A DNA stretch of 64,000 nucleotides. Source: Selaginella moellendorffii. Its lineage: Eukaryota; Plantae; Lycopodiophyta. Below the pieces are notes generated by a model that worked only from the letters and a program-made list of their open reading frames with translations, had not been told where the DNA came from and ran no database searches. The position numbers and the translations under genes were made by a program. The DNA lies in the NCBI RefSeq assembly GCF_000143415.4, contig NW_003314304.1, positions 1,565,548 through 1,629,547 on the forward strand, given 5' to 3'. Below, piece after piece: positions 13,401 to 25,649 of the stretch (the first letter of the stretch is position 1; every line of letters starts with the position of its first letter).

Positions 13401-15537
13401 CCAATTTCAACTCAAGGGGTAGGGTGTTAAAAGAGCGAGGCTCTTAGAAGAGCTGCAACTTTCAACTTCCATTTATGAAGGCATGAACTTGCAAAAAAGC
13501 ATGATGGATTATAAACAACCAAAGATAATAACTTAAAAAATTATTAATATTGTTTTAAATATAGAAATGTACCTTTTGTTCCAATTAGTTATAAATCTTA
13601 GGTTATTTGAGATTAAACATCTTTAAATAGTATTGGGTTAGATGACCTTCTAGAAAGCCTAAATTCATGAGATTATCGTGCCATAAATAATATATGTTAA
13701 TGTTTGTAAAGAACCTAGCAAAAAAGAAAACAATTTAAAATTAAACAACCTTTTGAAAATGAAATATTTACTAGAATGTTCAAAATAAGTATTTAGAAAG
13801 CATTTTCATTAGAGCTACTCTCAAGTAACACTTGATGTGTTTCAAATGATTTCATAGTAAAAACTATCTTTATACTTCATTTTTAAAATAATTATAAGTT
13901 TTGTTTAATACATATTTTGTATTTTGTAAAAGATGTCTACAGACACTCAAAAACCTTTTGCTATTAAATTATTGTCATTCAAGCACTTGCTTACAATAGT
14001 TAAAGCACAATACAGTGTTTGGTTTTATGGGATGGCATATATATGTAATTAAGGAGAGTAAAAAAATTTCTATATAGAGTTTAGTAAGTAAATGGAATTG
14101 TGAACAATGATAATTTTCATAAGTCTTTAAACTGTAGTTTGTAACATATTTTAGCTAAACATTAATTTAAAGAATAAGTTGAAGTTGGTAAAGATAATAT
14201 AAAGTTATCTCCTACAATATGTGATGATAAATAACAATTAAGCCACTTGTATATACTTTTGAAATGCATTACCTACGAGAGGTGGATTAATGTTAATTAA
14301 CTTCATTCCTAGAATTGTTTACCAAATATGCCAAAATAAAAAATGCCGCTAACATGAAATCATCTGAGTAGCTTTTCTTTAAAGCATTCAATACTGAAAC
14401 ATCAGAATAAATATAAAAATTATTTTAGAGCAATATGCAAAGATAACACATCAACTTATATCTGGAAATGTAGCATAATCATAGTGAAAATAACATTCTG
14501 CCATAGCTATAACAATATAGAGGACATTTGATTTATCATTGCCTTGGTAAATAGTCTCAAAAATCAATATAATCAATGATTTATTTTAAATGCCCTATAT
14601 AGTCTTTGTTAAATAAAACTAAAATCATAGATATATTTCAAAGTAAAATACCTTTGTAAATCCATACTATTTTATAATCCAAGGTTATAAGATGGATATT
14701 AAAATATTTGGTCATGATTGTCTTTTGGTCAATTTCTTTCACAATTTTAGTTTTCATATCGAAATGTCATTAATGTGAAATCATTTGATGAGTTTTTCCT
14801 TCACTTTGATTATTAAAAATTCAACACTGAAATAAACTTGAAACATTAGAATAAACATGAAATAATATTTTAGAGCAATAATGTAAACTTACTTCATCAA
14901 CTTTTGTTACAAAATATAGCCCAATCATTCCAAAGACATATAGTAATAATTATATAAAGTATGTTCATTTATCTTCATCTTTCTAAACTAACTTGTAAAA
15001 ATATATATTAATGATCTGCTTTAGAATGGTGTTTGTTAGATAAAACTAAAAACTTAAATGTTAAATACCTTTGCAGATCCATATTTTTCTTTCATCCAGG
15101 ATTATGGGATGAAGAGCAAAATATATAATTAATGATTTACTTTAAATGCCCTACATAGCCTTTGTTAGATAAAACTAAAAGCATGGATATATTTCAATAT
15201 AAAATACCTTTGTAAATATATATTGTTTTATCATCCAAATTATGGGATAAAATATAAAATATTTGGTACCTTTTCCTTCACTTAAAATATTAGATATTCA
15301 ACACTGAAATAAACTTGAAACATTAAAATAAACAGGAAAGAATAATTTGGAGTTATAATACAAACTTACCTCATTAACTTCAGCTACAAAATAGACTTGA
15401 ATCATACCAAAGATATATAGTAATAACTATATAAAGCATATTTATTTACCTTCGTTTTGCTAAACCACCTCATAAAAATATAGATTAATGATCTGCTTTA
15501 GAATGGTGTTTGTTAAATAAAATAAAAAATTTAAATG
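10450..15537. repeat. ~5 kb AT-rich spacer of the array unit; other copies 1-2179, 19961-22260, 33540-39532, 51530-55398
   Basis: For example, position 1 onward matches 13441, 21647 and 37437 onward. Copies differ mostly by transitions and large indels. Confidence 0.92.
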
Positions 15538-18500
15538 CTAAATACCTTTGCAAACCCATATTTGTTTTCCCTCCAAGATTATGGGATGAAGAGCAAAATA
15601 TTTTTCCATGATTGTCTCCTGTTTTTCTTTTTTCCCAAATTTAGTTGTCACTAGCTTAAATATCTCTTGCACATCTTCTGCTTTGGGATTTGTAGTTAGC
15701 TTGCTTTTGAGAAGACATGAATCCAAAAAGCTTATAAGCCTTCCCTTGGTTTCATCCACGATTGCATTCACTATCGGTCCAACACCAGCAAAATGTCCTC
15801 CAACTTTGGCCCCAATAAATAATAAGATCAATGTATGTTTAAGTACTAGAGCAAATTTCTTGAGCCAGTTTGGTGGGAGATCCAATTCAACACCTATAGA
15901 ACTCTTCACTTGATGACCTTTAGAAGTTCCTTCAGGCCATTCACACAAGTAGTGAAGTCTACCATGTGTTCCCAGTATTTTACTGTAATTTTTCCACATA
16001 TTATTCTCATCAAGAATATATGGATATTTTGGGCAATCTGTCTCCAATTTCAATAATACTCGAAAACACGTTGTATGGATTGCATTCACTTTATCTATGA
16101 TAGACTTGAGTCCATTCTTGAGCTCGTTAACGCTTACTTCAATGTCATTAAGTTTTGTATCCAACTTGTCAAAACGGTTCTCCATTTTATCAAACATCTT
16201 CTTAATATATCTAAAAATTGCATCGAGTTTTGGGTCTTCAATGTTTGGAAACTCAACAACATTTGATGATGCTTTGGGAANNNNNNNNNNNNNNNNNNNN
16301 NNNNNNNNNNNNNNNNNNNNNNNNNNNNNNNNNNNNNNNNNNNNNNNNNNNNNNNNNNNNNNNNNNNNNNNNNNNNNNNNNNNNNNNNNNNNNNNNNNNN
16401 NNNNNNNNNNNNNNNNNNNNNNNNNNNNNNNNNNNNNNNNNNNNNNNNNNNNNNNNNNNNNNNNNNNNNNNNNNNNNNNNNNNNNNNNNNNNNNNNNNNN
16501 NNNNNNNNNNNNNNNNNNNNNNNNNTCCCATGATTCTAATTTGTCCACCTTATTTAGTATCCTTCTCCATACATAACCACGTCTCATCACATTTTCTTCA
16601 ATTTCCAAAGATGGGCAATCCTCCATACATACCCCAATAATGCAATTTCTAATTTTTTCCATCCATCCTTCAGCTTCCTTTTCCAAATCCGGCCTTAGTG
16701 TATTCTCTACCTCTTTTGGGTAGTAAATGATGACATCAACCCATTGCCTATCTTTCCAATTGTCTGTGTCTCCCCCAACTCTCACAATTATCTCGATAAG
16801 GTTTTTTTTCAAAGCCACCCATCCATTCCCAAGCCTGAAACCTTTCTTGCTTAATTTGTGAAGCTTAACTTGGATCTTTGTGAAAATACTTGCAGGAAAC
16901 AATTTCAGGTCCTTGTCTTTGCATTCAAACCTCCTGCCCCAGTAGTTGTGGTTTTTTTGAGTGTTAATTGACAATAAATATCCTGGAGGTGAATAGTCTT
17001 CTTGCAATAGTGTTGGCATTATCAACTCTTTGGGCAAGTTATGCCAATTCCCATCCCATGTATCATCCCAAGGCAATATCACTCCCATCTCATGGAGCAC
17101 TCCAAGAATGTACTCCTCTATTTTGTCTTGGTTCCCACATTGTTGCTTCAACTGATGTTTAACTCTATGTGTTTCCATTTTACTTTTGAGTTTGCTTGTC
17201 TCAGTATGTATGAAGAGTTGCACCACATCCCTCATAAACCATTGGACATCTAAGATGACAAATTGAGACACAATGTCGTCCTCTTCATGTCCCAAGCCAA
17301 AGTAAATTGCATCACCAGAATCATGTAGAAATTGCAAGACAAATTTGAGAACATTCTCGGAACTCCTGTGAGGCAAGAGGATTTCGCCAACTTTGTCTAG
17401 GGGTATGACCTTCTTGTGACTTGCACCTTGTACCAGTTTCCTCTTTGCTTCAAGACATTCCCGTGGTATTTGTTGCTGGGATGACAGCAGTTCGTCCAAG
17501 CAACTCCCCAACATGGTTTTTATCTCCCTTAAAGCTTTCACTTGAGTGGCCACCACCTCAAAACAAATATCTGTCCCAAACTCAAGTACTTGCCCATAGC
17601 CTTTGTCTTTGTCGGAGATTATTGCAGAAACCACCTCCTTTGGGTCAAAGTCGGGTTCTAGAGTGAAAAAGTTCAAGGCAATCAAGACCCTGGGCTTCCT
17701 TTTGGGTGAGGCTGATTGATGTGAAGCGATGAACCTCAGCCAGTAAACCAAATTCTGCTTGAAAACGTCACAATTGTCATCCTCCACCTTGCATACGATC
17801 AAGAAGAGATCCTTCTCACTTCCTCTGAGAAAGTACTGGTGGAAAGCATGGACTCTTCCTGTCCAGCCAGGTCGCAAATGAGCAGCTTTTGTTTGGTGGT
17901 CGCATAGACAAGTGGTTGCAGCTCAATGCCTGCTGTTGAAGCACAATGCGGCAGAGGTTTTTTTTTATTGTGGTCTTTCCAACCCTGCTAGCACCACACA
18001 AGAAGAGCTTTCCTGTTGACGGGTTGTCAAAGTCTTTGAATGCACTCTGCTGGAAGATTGCATTCCGCTCTAAAAGACCAGAACACCTCTGCTTGAATGC
18101 TTCAGAAGCTTCGGAATCATTGCCTAGATATAGCTCTTCCACGAGGCTTTGGTAGTTTTCCTCCAGGGCAGCCAGAATTTGTCTCTTCTGTGCATCACTT
18201 GTAAGAGAAGGAGCCCTGAATCTGCGCACCTTGCATTTTGGATCNNNNNNNNNNNNNNNNNNNNNNNNNNNNNNNNNNNNNNNNNNNNNNNNNNNNNNNN
18301 NNNNNNNNNNNNNNNNNNNNNNNNNNNNNNNNNNNNNNNNNNNNNNNNNNNNNNNNNNNNNNNNNNNNNNNNNNNNNNNNNNNNNNNNNNNNNNNNNNNN
18401 NNNNNNNNNNNNNNNNNNNNNNNNNNNNNNNNNNNNNNNNNNNNNNNNNNNNNNNNNNNNNNNNNNNNNNNNNNNNNNNNNNNNNNNNNNNNNNNNNNNN

Positions 18501-19825
18501 NNNNNNNNNNNNNNNNNNNNNNNNNNNNNNNNNNNNNNNNNNNNNNNNNNNNNNNNNNNNNNNNNNNNNNNNNNNNNNNNNNNNNNNNNNNNNNNNNNNN
18601 NNNNNNNNNGCTTGAGCTTGATCAGCTTGCAATTGGGATTTTGTAGCGCTTTGCCCAACCATCCACCACAATCACCTGGATAAAGTGTAACCCTGAGTTC
18701 CTCCAAGCCACACTTAGCGCTGCTCAGGGCCTCACCCAGGCCCGTTGCATTGCTCAGGTCCTCACTCCGTCTCATTCCTTGGCAATTTAAAACTGACAGG
18801 CTGGTGCCCTCCTGAAGAGCCTTGCATACCCATGGCAACACTCCAGGATCACTTCCCGAATATAGGTATAGTCTTTGCAGCGAACAGTTTGAACAAGTGA
18901 GTGCCTTGAAGAGTGCTTCACCTGCCTCCTCTCGAAACGTTGCCACCAGTTTTACTAGCTTATTGCAAATGCCATTCTGAAATGCCTGTTCCCACCCTTC
19001 CTTGCCAATGTGGTTATCTTCGATGACTAACTCTTCCACCTTGCACTCCTGACTTGCCAGATCCCTACTCAATTTCCCAAATCCTTCCACTGTCATCCTG
19101 TTCCCCAGCAATTGGAGACGTTTCAAGTTGTTTCCTGGTTTCCTAAGGAGTTGGCTAAGGAGAGTCTCTGGGTTCCCAACCTTGTCCAACCAGAGCTCTG
19201 TCAAGCAGTCGAGCTGAGCAAAGGCCAACTCAAGCTCCTGAGGTGGTGTGAGGATGTCTTTGCCTCGCCAATCGAAACGTAGCCCTTTCAAGACCTTGAA
19301 TTCCTCTGTCATGAGAAGCTTTGCAAACCTCTGCACCTCAATCTGCCAAATATCCTGTCCCTGCTGAGGAGGAGCAATGCCCTCTGCCACCCTTTGCATT
19401 CGATCACTGGGAATGCCCAACCTACAAGCAACCCTGGCAGCGAACTGGATGAATCTGATGTCGAGCTGTGGTACCAAAGCGGCCTTGAGAATGTCAATGT
19501 GAGCAGCAGCAGCAGCAGCAGACGAACTGCCATCACCAGGAGCATCTCCCACATCCAGAGCCCCGTCTAAACTGGGTGGATTTGAAATGCACCAGTTGAG
19601 CACACCAATCAGATCCTCCTCTGTGCCTCCAAACCCCTCAACGGTAGCACTCACCTCATCAACAAACTCACCTTTGGATGCGTCAAGCGCCTCCAGCCTC
19701 CAGATCTTCCCACAATGAAACACAATCGCATTGAAGTGCCGCTTGTTGTCCCGCTTCGCTGCGAGAGCCTCCTTGATCTCCTTGACAGACAAACAGGGGA
19801 TCCACACTCGTCGCTCCTCCTCCAT
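15538..19825 (-). pseudogene. TRN1-like: ROCO/TRN1-like copy 2, two frameshifts in the Roc domain; could express LRR + P-loop only (669 aa)
   Basis: Net 31-bp loss at ~17944 (gca-caa-tgcgg versus gcatgcc...gacactctgcgg) and a 1-bp deletion at ~17851 (catggactc versus catggaactc) relative to copies 1, 4 and 5. Contains two N-runs. Confidence 0.85.
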
Positions 19826-22173
19826 GGAAGTTTGCCCTGGATCGAAGGGTATTTACAGGTATTCCCAGAGGTATGGTGAGTCCTTTCTTCACACCTTGTC
19901 CGACGTTGCAAAGTGAGAGTTTTCGACCATCTTGGGGTAACTGCCAGACTCCAGTCACCTAATAACATTCTCTATTTATAGTATTTATTTTGAGAATGTA
20001 GTATTAACTTATCTCCAACATTTCAAATGCAACCACTTATTCTATTATTCTTGTGATCACTACTTTTTGTTGATATCTTGGCTTTCAAGGACAATTAATG
20101 AATCTCAAGTGTTATTTGGTTTAGATATTCTAAGGTGCTATTCTCACTCTTATTACTTTTGGAGCATAAAATCCAAATATTCCTTCTCTTGCTTTTTTTT
20201 CTTTGTAATACAAACATTGAATCTAGAATTAAGTGGTCATTTGGTAAATACTTAGTACCACAAGGCATCCATAAATGTTTCTATGTTGGATATGAAAATG
20301 AAATACAATCCATTGTTGATATTTAAGGACAAGCTATCAATTTTACACAAGGTTACTAACAACTTTGGTGATATAGTAAAAACCTCTTGCGAGTGAGATT
20401 TGTAGAGTGTAAGTTTTGTAAATGATGCACAGCTAAAAATAATTATAAGAAAAGCTACAATTTTTTGATACACGTGGCAGCGGTCATATGGATTCCTTTT
20501 GTATTTGGATTGTCTTACTTAACTTATTTGTACAAGCACAAACAAAGTTCTCCTTCAAAAGCAAAAGAGGAAACTCTTGAGATTGTCCAACTGTAAAGAG
20601 TAACAAAAATTAATCCAATCACTTACAAAATGAACTATAAATTTATAATAACATTTTGCCCAATCTCAACAAAACCATTAATAAATCAAAGCTTTAGCCA
20701 AATGTTCATCTTTGCTTGATAATCTATCTCCACTCAATCAATACATAAAGCCCTAAGTTGGACAATGTATTTTTTATCGAGCAGGTCCTCTTTAATAAGT
20801 TCCATATATAAATAATATAGTGACTTACCCTTTTTTCTTTTGTAAGTTATTGTCTACAAAGAGTTTATTTCAAATTCACTTAAATCTTTCTCTTGAGAAA
20901 TTACTTAGCTTGGCATAAAATCTTAGCAACCTAATACTAAATACTAGCCCAAAAATTTGAAAAATCATATAAACCAGTATATTAGTGATAATTTGAAGCT
21001 TTTTCTTACCAATTTACAAGGTATAATAAATGATTGAGATGTTGGTTCTCTAGACAAGGATGAGATAAAGATTGGGAGTGAGCTTAGGCAAACATCTCTA
21101 AACCAAACTTCTTCATTTAGCTCATAAACTTGGTTGAGTTTGCAAAGGTTTCAATAAAGTTTATTTTTGAATTTTTGCATGTTATAAATGCTTATCAAGG
21201 CAATGTAAATAGCAGTATACTATAATTATGGCTTGTCATTTTTGTTATGGTGGTGGTGATCGCAACCATCACCATGCTTTCGGCATCTTTATAAATGATT
21301 AATTTTTTTTTTACTTTAGGATCATCTAAAGGAGTCTCACTCATAATCTCTATAGGCCCTGATATTAATTTGGGTGTTTGCTAACTTTAAAATGTGTTCT
21401 TGTAACCACATCAACTTTGTACTTAGTTTAAATGCTCTATGTGTCCAGTTCCACTTTTGGATACCCAAATGGCTAAATAACCTTTTATGAAGTCCAAATT
21501 TAAAAACTTATATTTGGTATTAGAGAAGTCTAAGGTGTGACTCTATTAATTGATTAAAGAAATCACACCACATGTTAAGATTGATATTTATTAAGTTTAC
21601 TTTACTCCAATTTCAACTCGAGGGGTAAGGTGTTAAAAGAGCGGGACTCTTAGAAGAGTTGCAACTTTCAACTTCCATTTACGAAGGCGTGAACTTCCAA
21701 AAAAGCATGATGGATTATAAACAACCAAAGATAATAACTTAAAAAATTATTAATATTGTTTTAAATATAGAAATGTACCCTTTGTTCCAATTAGTTATAA
21801 GTTTTGGGTTATTTGAGATTAAGCATCTTTAAATAGTATTGGGTTAGATGACCTTTTAGAAAGCCCAAATTCAGGAGATTATAGTGCCATAAATAATATA
21901 AGTTAATATTTGTAAATAACCTAGCAAGAAAGAAAACAATTTAAAATTAAACAACCTTTCAAAAATGAATATTTACTAGAATTTTCAAAATAAGTATTTA
22001 GAAAGCATTTTCATTAGAGCTACTCTCAAGTAACACTTGATGTGTTGCAAATGATTTCATAGTAAAAAATATCTTTATACTTCATTTTTAAAATAAATAT
22101 AAATGGTGTTTAATACATATTTTGTATTTTGTAAAAAGTGTCTACAAACACTCAAAAACTTTTTTTTGTTAAA

Positions 22174-23454
22174 TTATTGCTTACAATAGTTAAAGCACAA
22201 TACAGTGTTTAGTTTTATGGGATGACATATATATATAATTGAGGAGAGTAAACAAATTTCAAGATGAAGCTTGATTAGCTTGCAATTGGGATTTTGTAGC
22301 GCTTTGCCCAACCATCCACCACCATCACCTGGATAAAGTCTAACGCGGAGTTCCTCCAAGCCACACTTAGCGCTGCTCAGGGCCTCACCCAGGCCCGTTG
22401 CATTGCTCAGGTCCTCACTTCGGCAATCTAAAACTGACAGGCTGGTGCCCTCCTGAAGAGCCTTGCATACCCATGGCAACACTGCAGGATCCCGATATAG
22501 GCCTAGTCTTTGCAGCGAACAGCTTGGACTCGTGAGTGCCTTGAAGAGTGCTTCACCTGCCCCCTCTGGAAACGATGCCCTCAGTTTTACTAGCTTATTG
22601 CAAATGCCATTCTGAAATGCCTGTTCCCACCCTTCCTTGGCAATGCCCTCATCCAGGATGGCTAACTCTTCCACCTTGCACTCCTGACTTGCCAGATCCC
22701 TACTCAATTTCCCAAATCCTTCCACTGTCATCCTGTTCCCCACCAACCTGTTCGCCAGCAATTCGAGACGTTTCAAGTTGTTTCCTGCTTTCCTAAGGAG
22801 TTGGCTAAGGAGAGTCTCTGGGTTCCCAACATTGCGCAACCAGAGCTCTGTCAAGCAGTCGAGCTGAGCAAAGGCCATCTCAAGCTCCTGAGGTGGTGTG
22901 AGGATGTCTTTGCCTTCCCAATAGAAAGCTAGCCCTTTCAAGACCTTGAATTCCTCTATCATCAGAAGCTTTGCAAACCTCTGCACCTCAATCTGCCAAA
23001 TATCCTGTCCCTGCTGAGGAGGAGCAATGCCCTCTGCCACCCTTTGCATCCGATCACTGGGAATGCCCAACCTACAAGCGACCCTGGCAGCGAAGTGGAT
23101 GAATCTGATGTCGAGCTGTGGTACCAAAGCGGCCTTGAGAATGTCAATGTGAGCAGCAGCAGCAGCAGACGAACTGCCATCACCAGGAGCATCTCCCACA
23201 TCCAGAGCCCTGTCTAACCTGGGCGGGTTTGAAATGCACCAGTTGAGCACACCAATCAGATCCTCCTCTGTGCCTCCAAAACTCTCGACGGCAGCACTCA
23301 CCTGATCAACAAACTCACCTTCGTATGAGGGCTCCAGCCCACAATAAAACTCAATCGCATTGAAGTGCCGCTTGTTGTCCCGCTTCGCTGCGAGAGCCTC
23401 CTTGATCTCCTTGACAGACCAACAGCGGATCCACACTCGTCGCTCCTCCTCCAT
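22174..23454 (-). pseudogene. TRN1-like: ROCO copy 3, 3'-truncated: N-terminal LRR half fused to spacer-derived tail (426 aa ORF)
   Basis: Homology to the other copies stops after NCKLIKLHL at ~22261, where it joins AT-rich spacer sequence (gagagtaaacaaatttc). Confidence 0.85.
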
Positions 23455-23529
23455 GGAAGTTTGCCCTAGATCGAGTGATCATGAGTAAACTTCTCCCAGC
23501 TGTGGATAAGAATGTAAGCACGAGTTAGT

Positions 23530-23538
23530 TTAGGGTTT
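23530..23538 (-). promoter_or_regulatory. Telo-box AAACCCTAA between the divergent ROCO and kelch start codons (also 43889-43897)
   Basis: Exact motif 12 nt before the kelch ATG. Function inferred from known plant telo-boxes. Confidence 0.45.
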
Positions 23539-23550
23539 AGAACAGATAAA

Positions 23551-25619
23551 ATGGGGAAGAAGGGGAAAGGGAAAAGAGAAGACCGAGCGAGTTCGTCGCC
23601 ACGACAAGGTGTTAGACGAGGATGATATTGGTGCGATCTTGGTAAGCAATCTCTGGCCAAAGACTCTCAATCGTTTTCCTTCTTGTCAGGCTAAACTCCA
23701 CGAGGAGAAAGCAAAGAAGAGCGAAATTCATGTCAATGAGAATGTAGCAGCTCCTTCACCACAATGCAATTGCTCTGTGCGTAAGAACTCGATTGAAATC
23801 TCCACTCTGGAAGCTCACATTCTCTAGAATTCTTCTTTCCTTGCGTTTCAGGTGACTGTAAATCCCGTCAAGGACACTGCGCTGATCGTCAATGGTGACA
23901 AGGTTTGTGGTTAGTTTCGCTACGGTGATTTGATCTTCGTGTTTGCTATGCTAGACTTACGTTTATGGTGATGCCTACCGATACAACATCGAGAAGAACG
24001 AGTGGAAGCCTGTCACCAGTCCAAACTCTCCTCCCCCGAGAAGCGCTCACCAGGGGGTTGCGTGGAAAACTGGCTCTTCAGTTTTGGTATCCAGGAATTC
24101 TCTTGATTTTGGCAGTGTAGGTGGTGAATTCGGTTTCATGACTATAAGGTGTGTTTCTAGCTGACTTACAAGAGAGTTCTTGCAGGATTTATGGAGACTG
24201 GATTTAAACACAAATATCTGGCGGGAGCAGCTTCAACTAAAAGGCTGTCCAGGTGCTCGTTCCGGACATAGATTGGTATGTATTGCGCTTCTAAACATAA
24301 TCTTTATTTTTTTCTTTCTTGCCACAGAAACATAAACTTATTCTATTTGGTGGATTTTATGACACGCTGAGGGAAGAAAGGTCGGCTGTTTCAGCAGTGT
24401 AGATGTTTAGTATTGAATTTTTGACACAGGTACTTTAATAATCTTTAAGTGCTGGACTTAGACAATTATAAGGTTTGTTTCTCATCGGTCTTCCTTGTTT
24501 TTTAAACAACTAAACTGATTTCCTTTTGCAGTGGCAAGAGATAAAACCCAAGCTTGGAGCTGCCTGGCCTTCAGCTGGAACTGGTTCTCAGCTTGCTGTT
24601 TATTTAGATGAGGTATTTGTCTACTAAAAGTATAGTTTTGCGTGTTGTGAACATTTTTTCTTTTCTAGATTTTCTTGTACGGTGGCTATTTCAAAGAGCC
24701 TGCCCCTGACAAAGATCAATCCGACAAAGGTGTAGTGCTCGCAGATATGTGGACGTTAGATCCACGGATTGGGAGTGGGACAAGGTTTGCTTGTTTTACA
24801 TTCTCGTATGGAGTTTTAGTTTTTCAATGTGTTTTGTGAAGGTGAAAAAATCCGGTATGGCTCCTGGCCAAGAGCAGGATTTTTGTCCACATCTTGTTTG
24901 GTGGTGTAGTTGATGCTGATGAGTACGGTTTCAATGCATGCGTTGGAAAAACTAATGGCTTTTGCAGGTGATTCCCTGCACAGCGTTTTTATGATCGAGA
25001 TGTATATGCTTTCCAGATGGTTTGTATCTCGTCGATTTTTTTAAAATTATCTAAACACCATCGCTCGCAGGTATCCTTTGGAGCTTCTCAAGCCAAAGAG
25101 CCTAAAGATTAAGGTATGGTAATCTGAGATTGTGTAGTGGTTAAGTGTGCATCCAAAGCAGAAGAAAGTGGTTGATCCAAATGTGGAAAATGCGTCTCAA
25201 CGTTGAGCGTTCTGCTTGAAGGTTGTTGCCTTGTGGAAGAATGAATGCTGGAATGGTCGTTGGAAAGGATACTTTGTTTCTGTATGGAGGTATGAAAGAA
25301 GTCGGCAAAAAAAAAGTGACACGACGACCTTTCCTCGCTGGACCTTCGATGTGTGGAAGTGCATTATTGAGGTTAGTATGATCGAGCCATCATCCAGCCT
25401 CATACTAATGTCTCAAGCAGGAAACACAAAGCGCGTGGATAGAAGCTAGTAAGGAGAAAGGCGAAACTGATGGTGACAACAGTGATGCTGGATCGATTAA
25501 TAAAGGAAAAGACGAAGAGGACGACGACGAGGTAGTAAAAAAGAAGGATGTAAGAAAACTTGTCGGCTTCCTTTTGTAGGATGCAGTGGAGTCACTGTGA
25601 AGAGGCAGCTGCTATTCTT
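23551..25619 (+). pseudogene. KLHDC4-like: KLHDC4-like pseudogene, copy B (retains ATG, 3' truncated)
   Basis: Starts MGKKGKGKRE. Near-identical to copy A, with the same premature stop (YFNNL*VLD). Confidence 0.85.
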
Positions 25620-25649
25620 GAGTAAACTTGTAAAAGTGAACCGGTTTAG

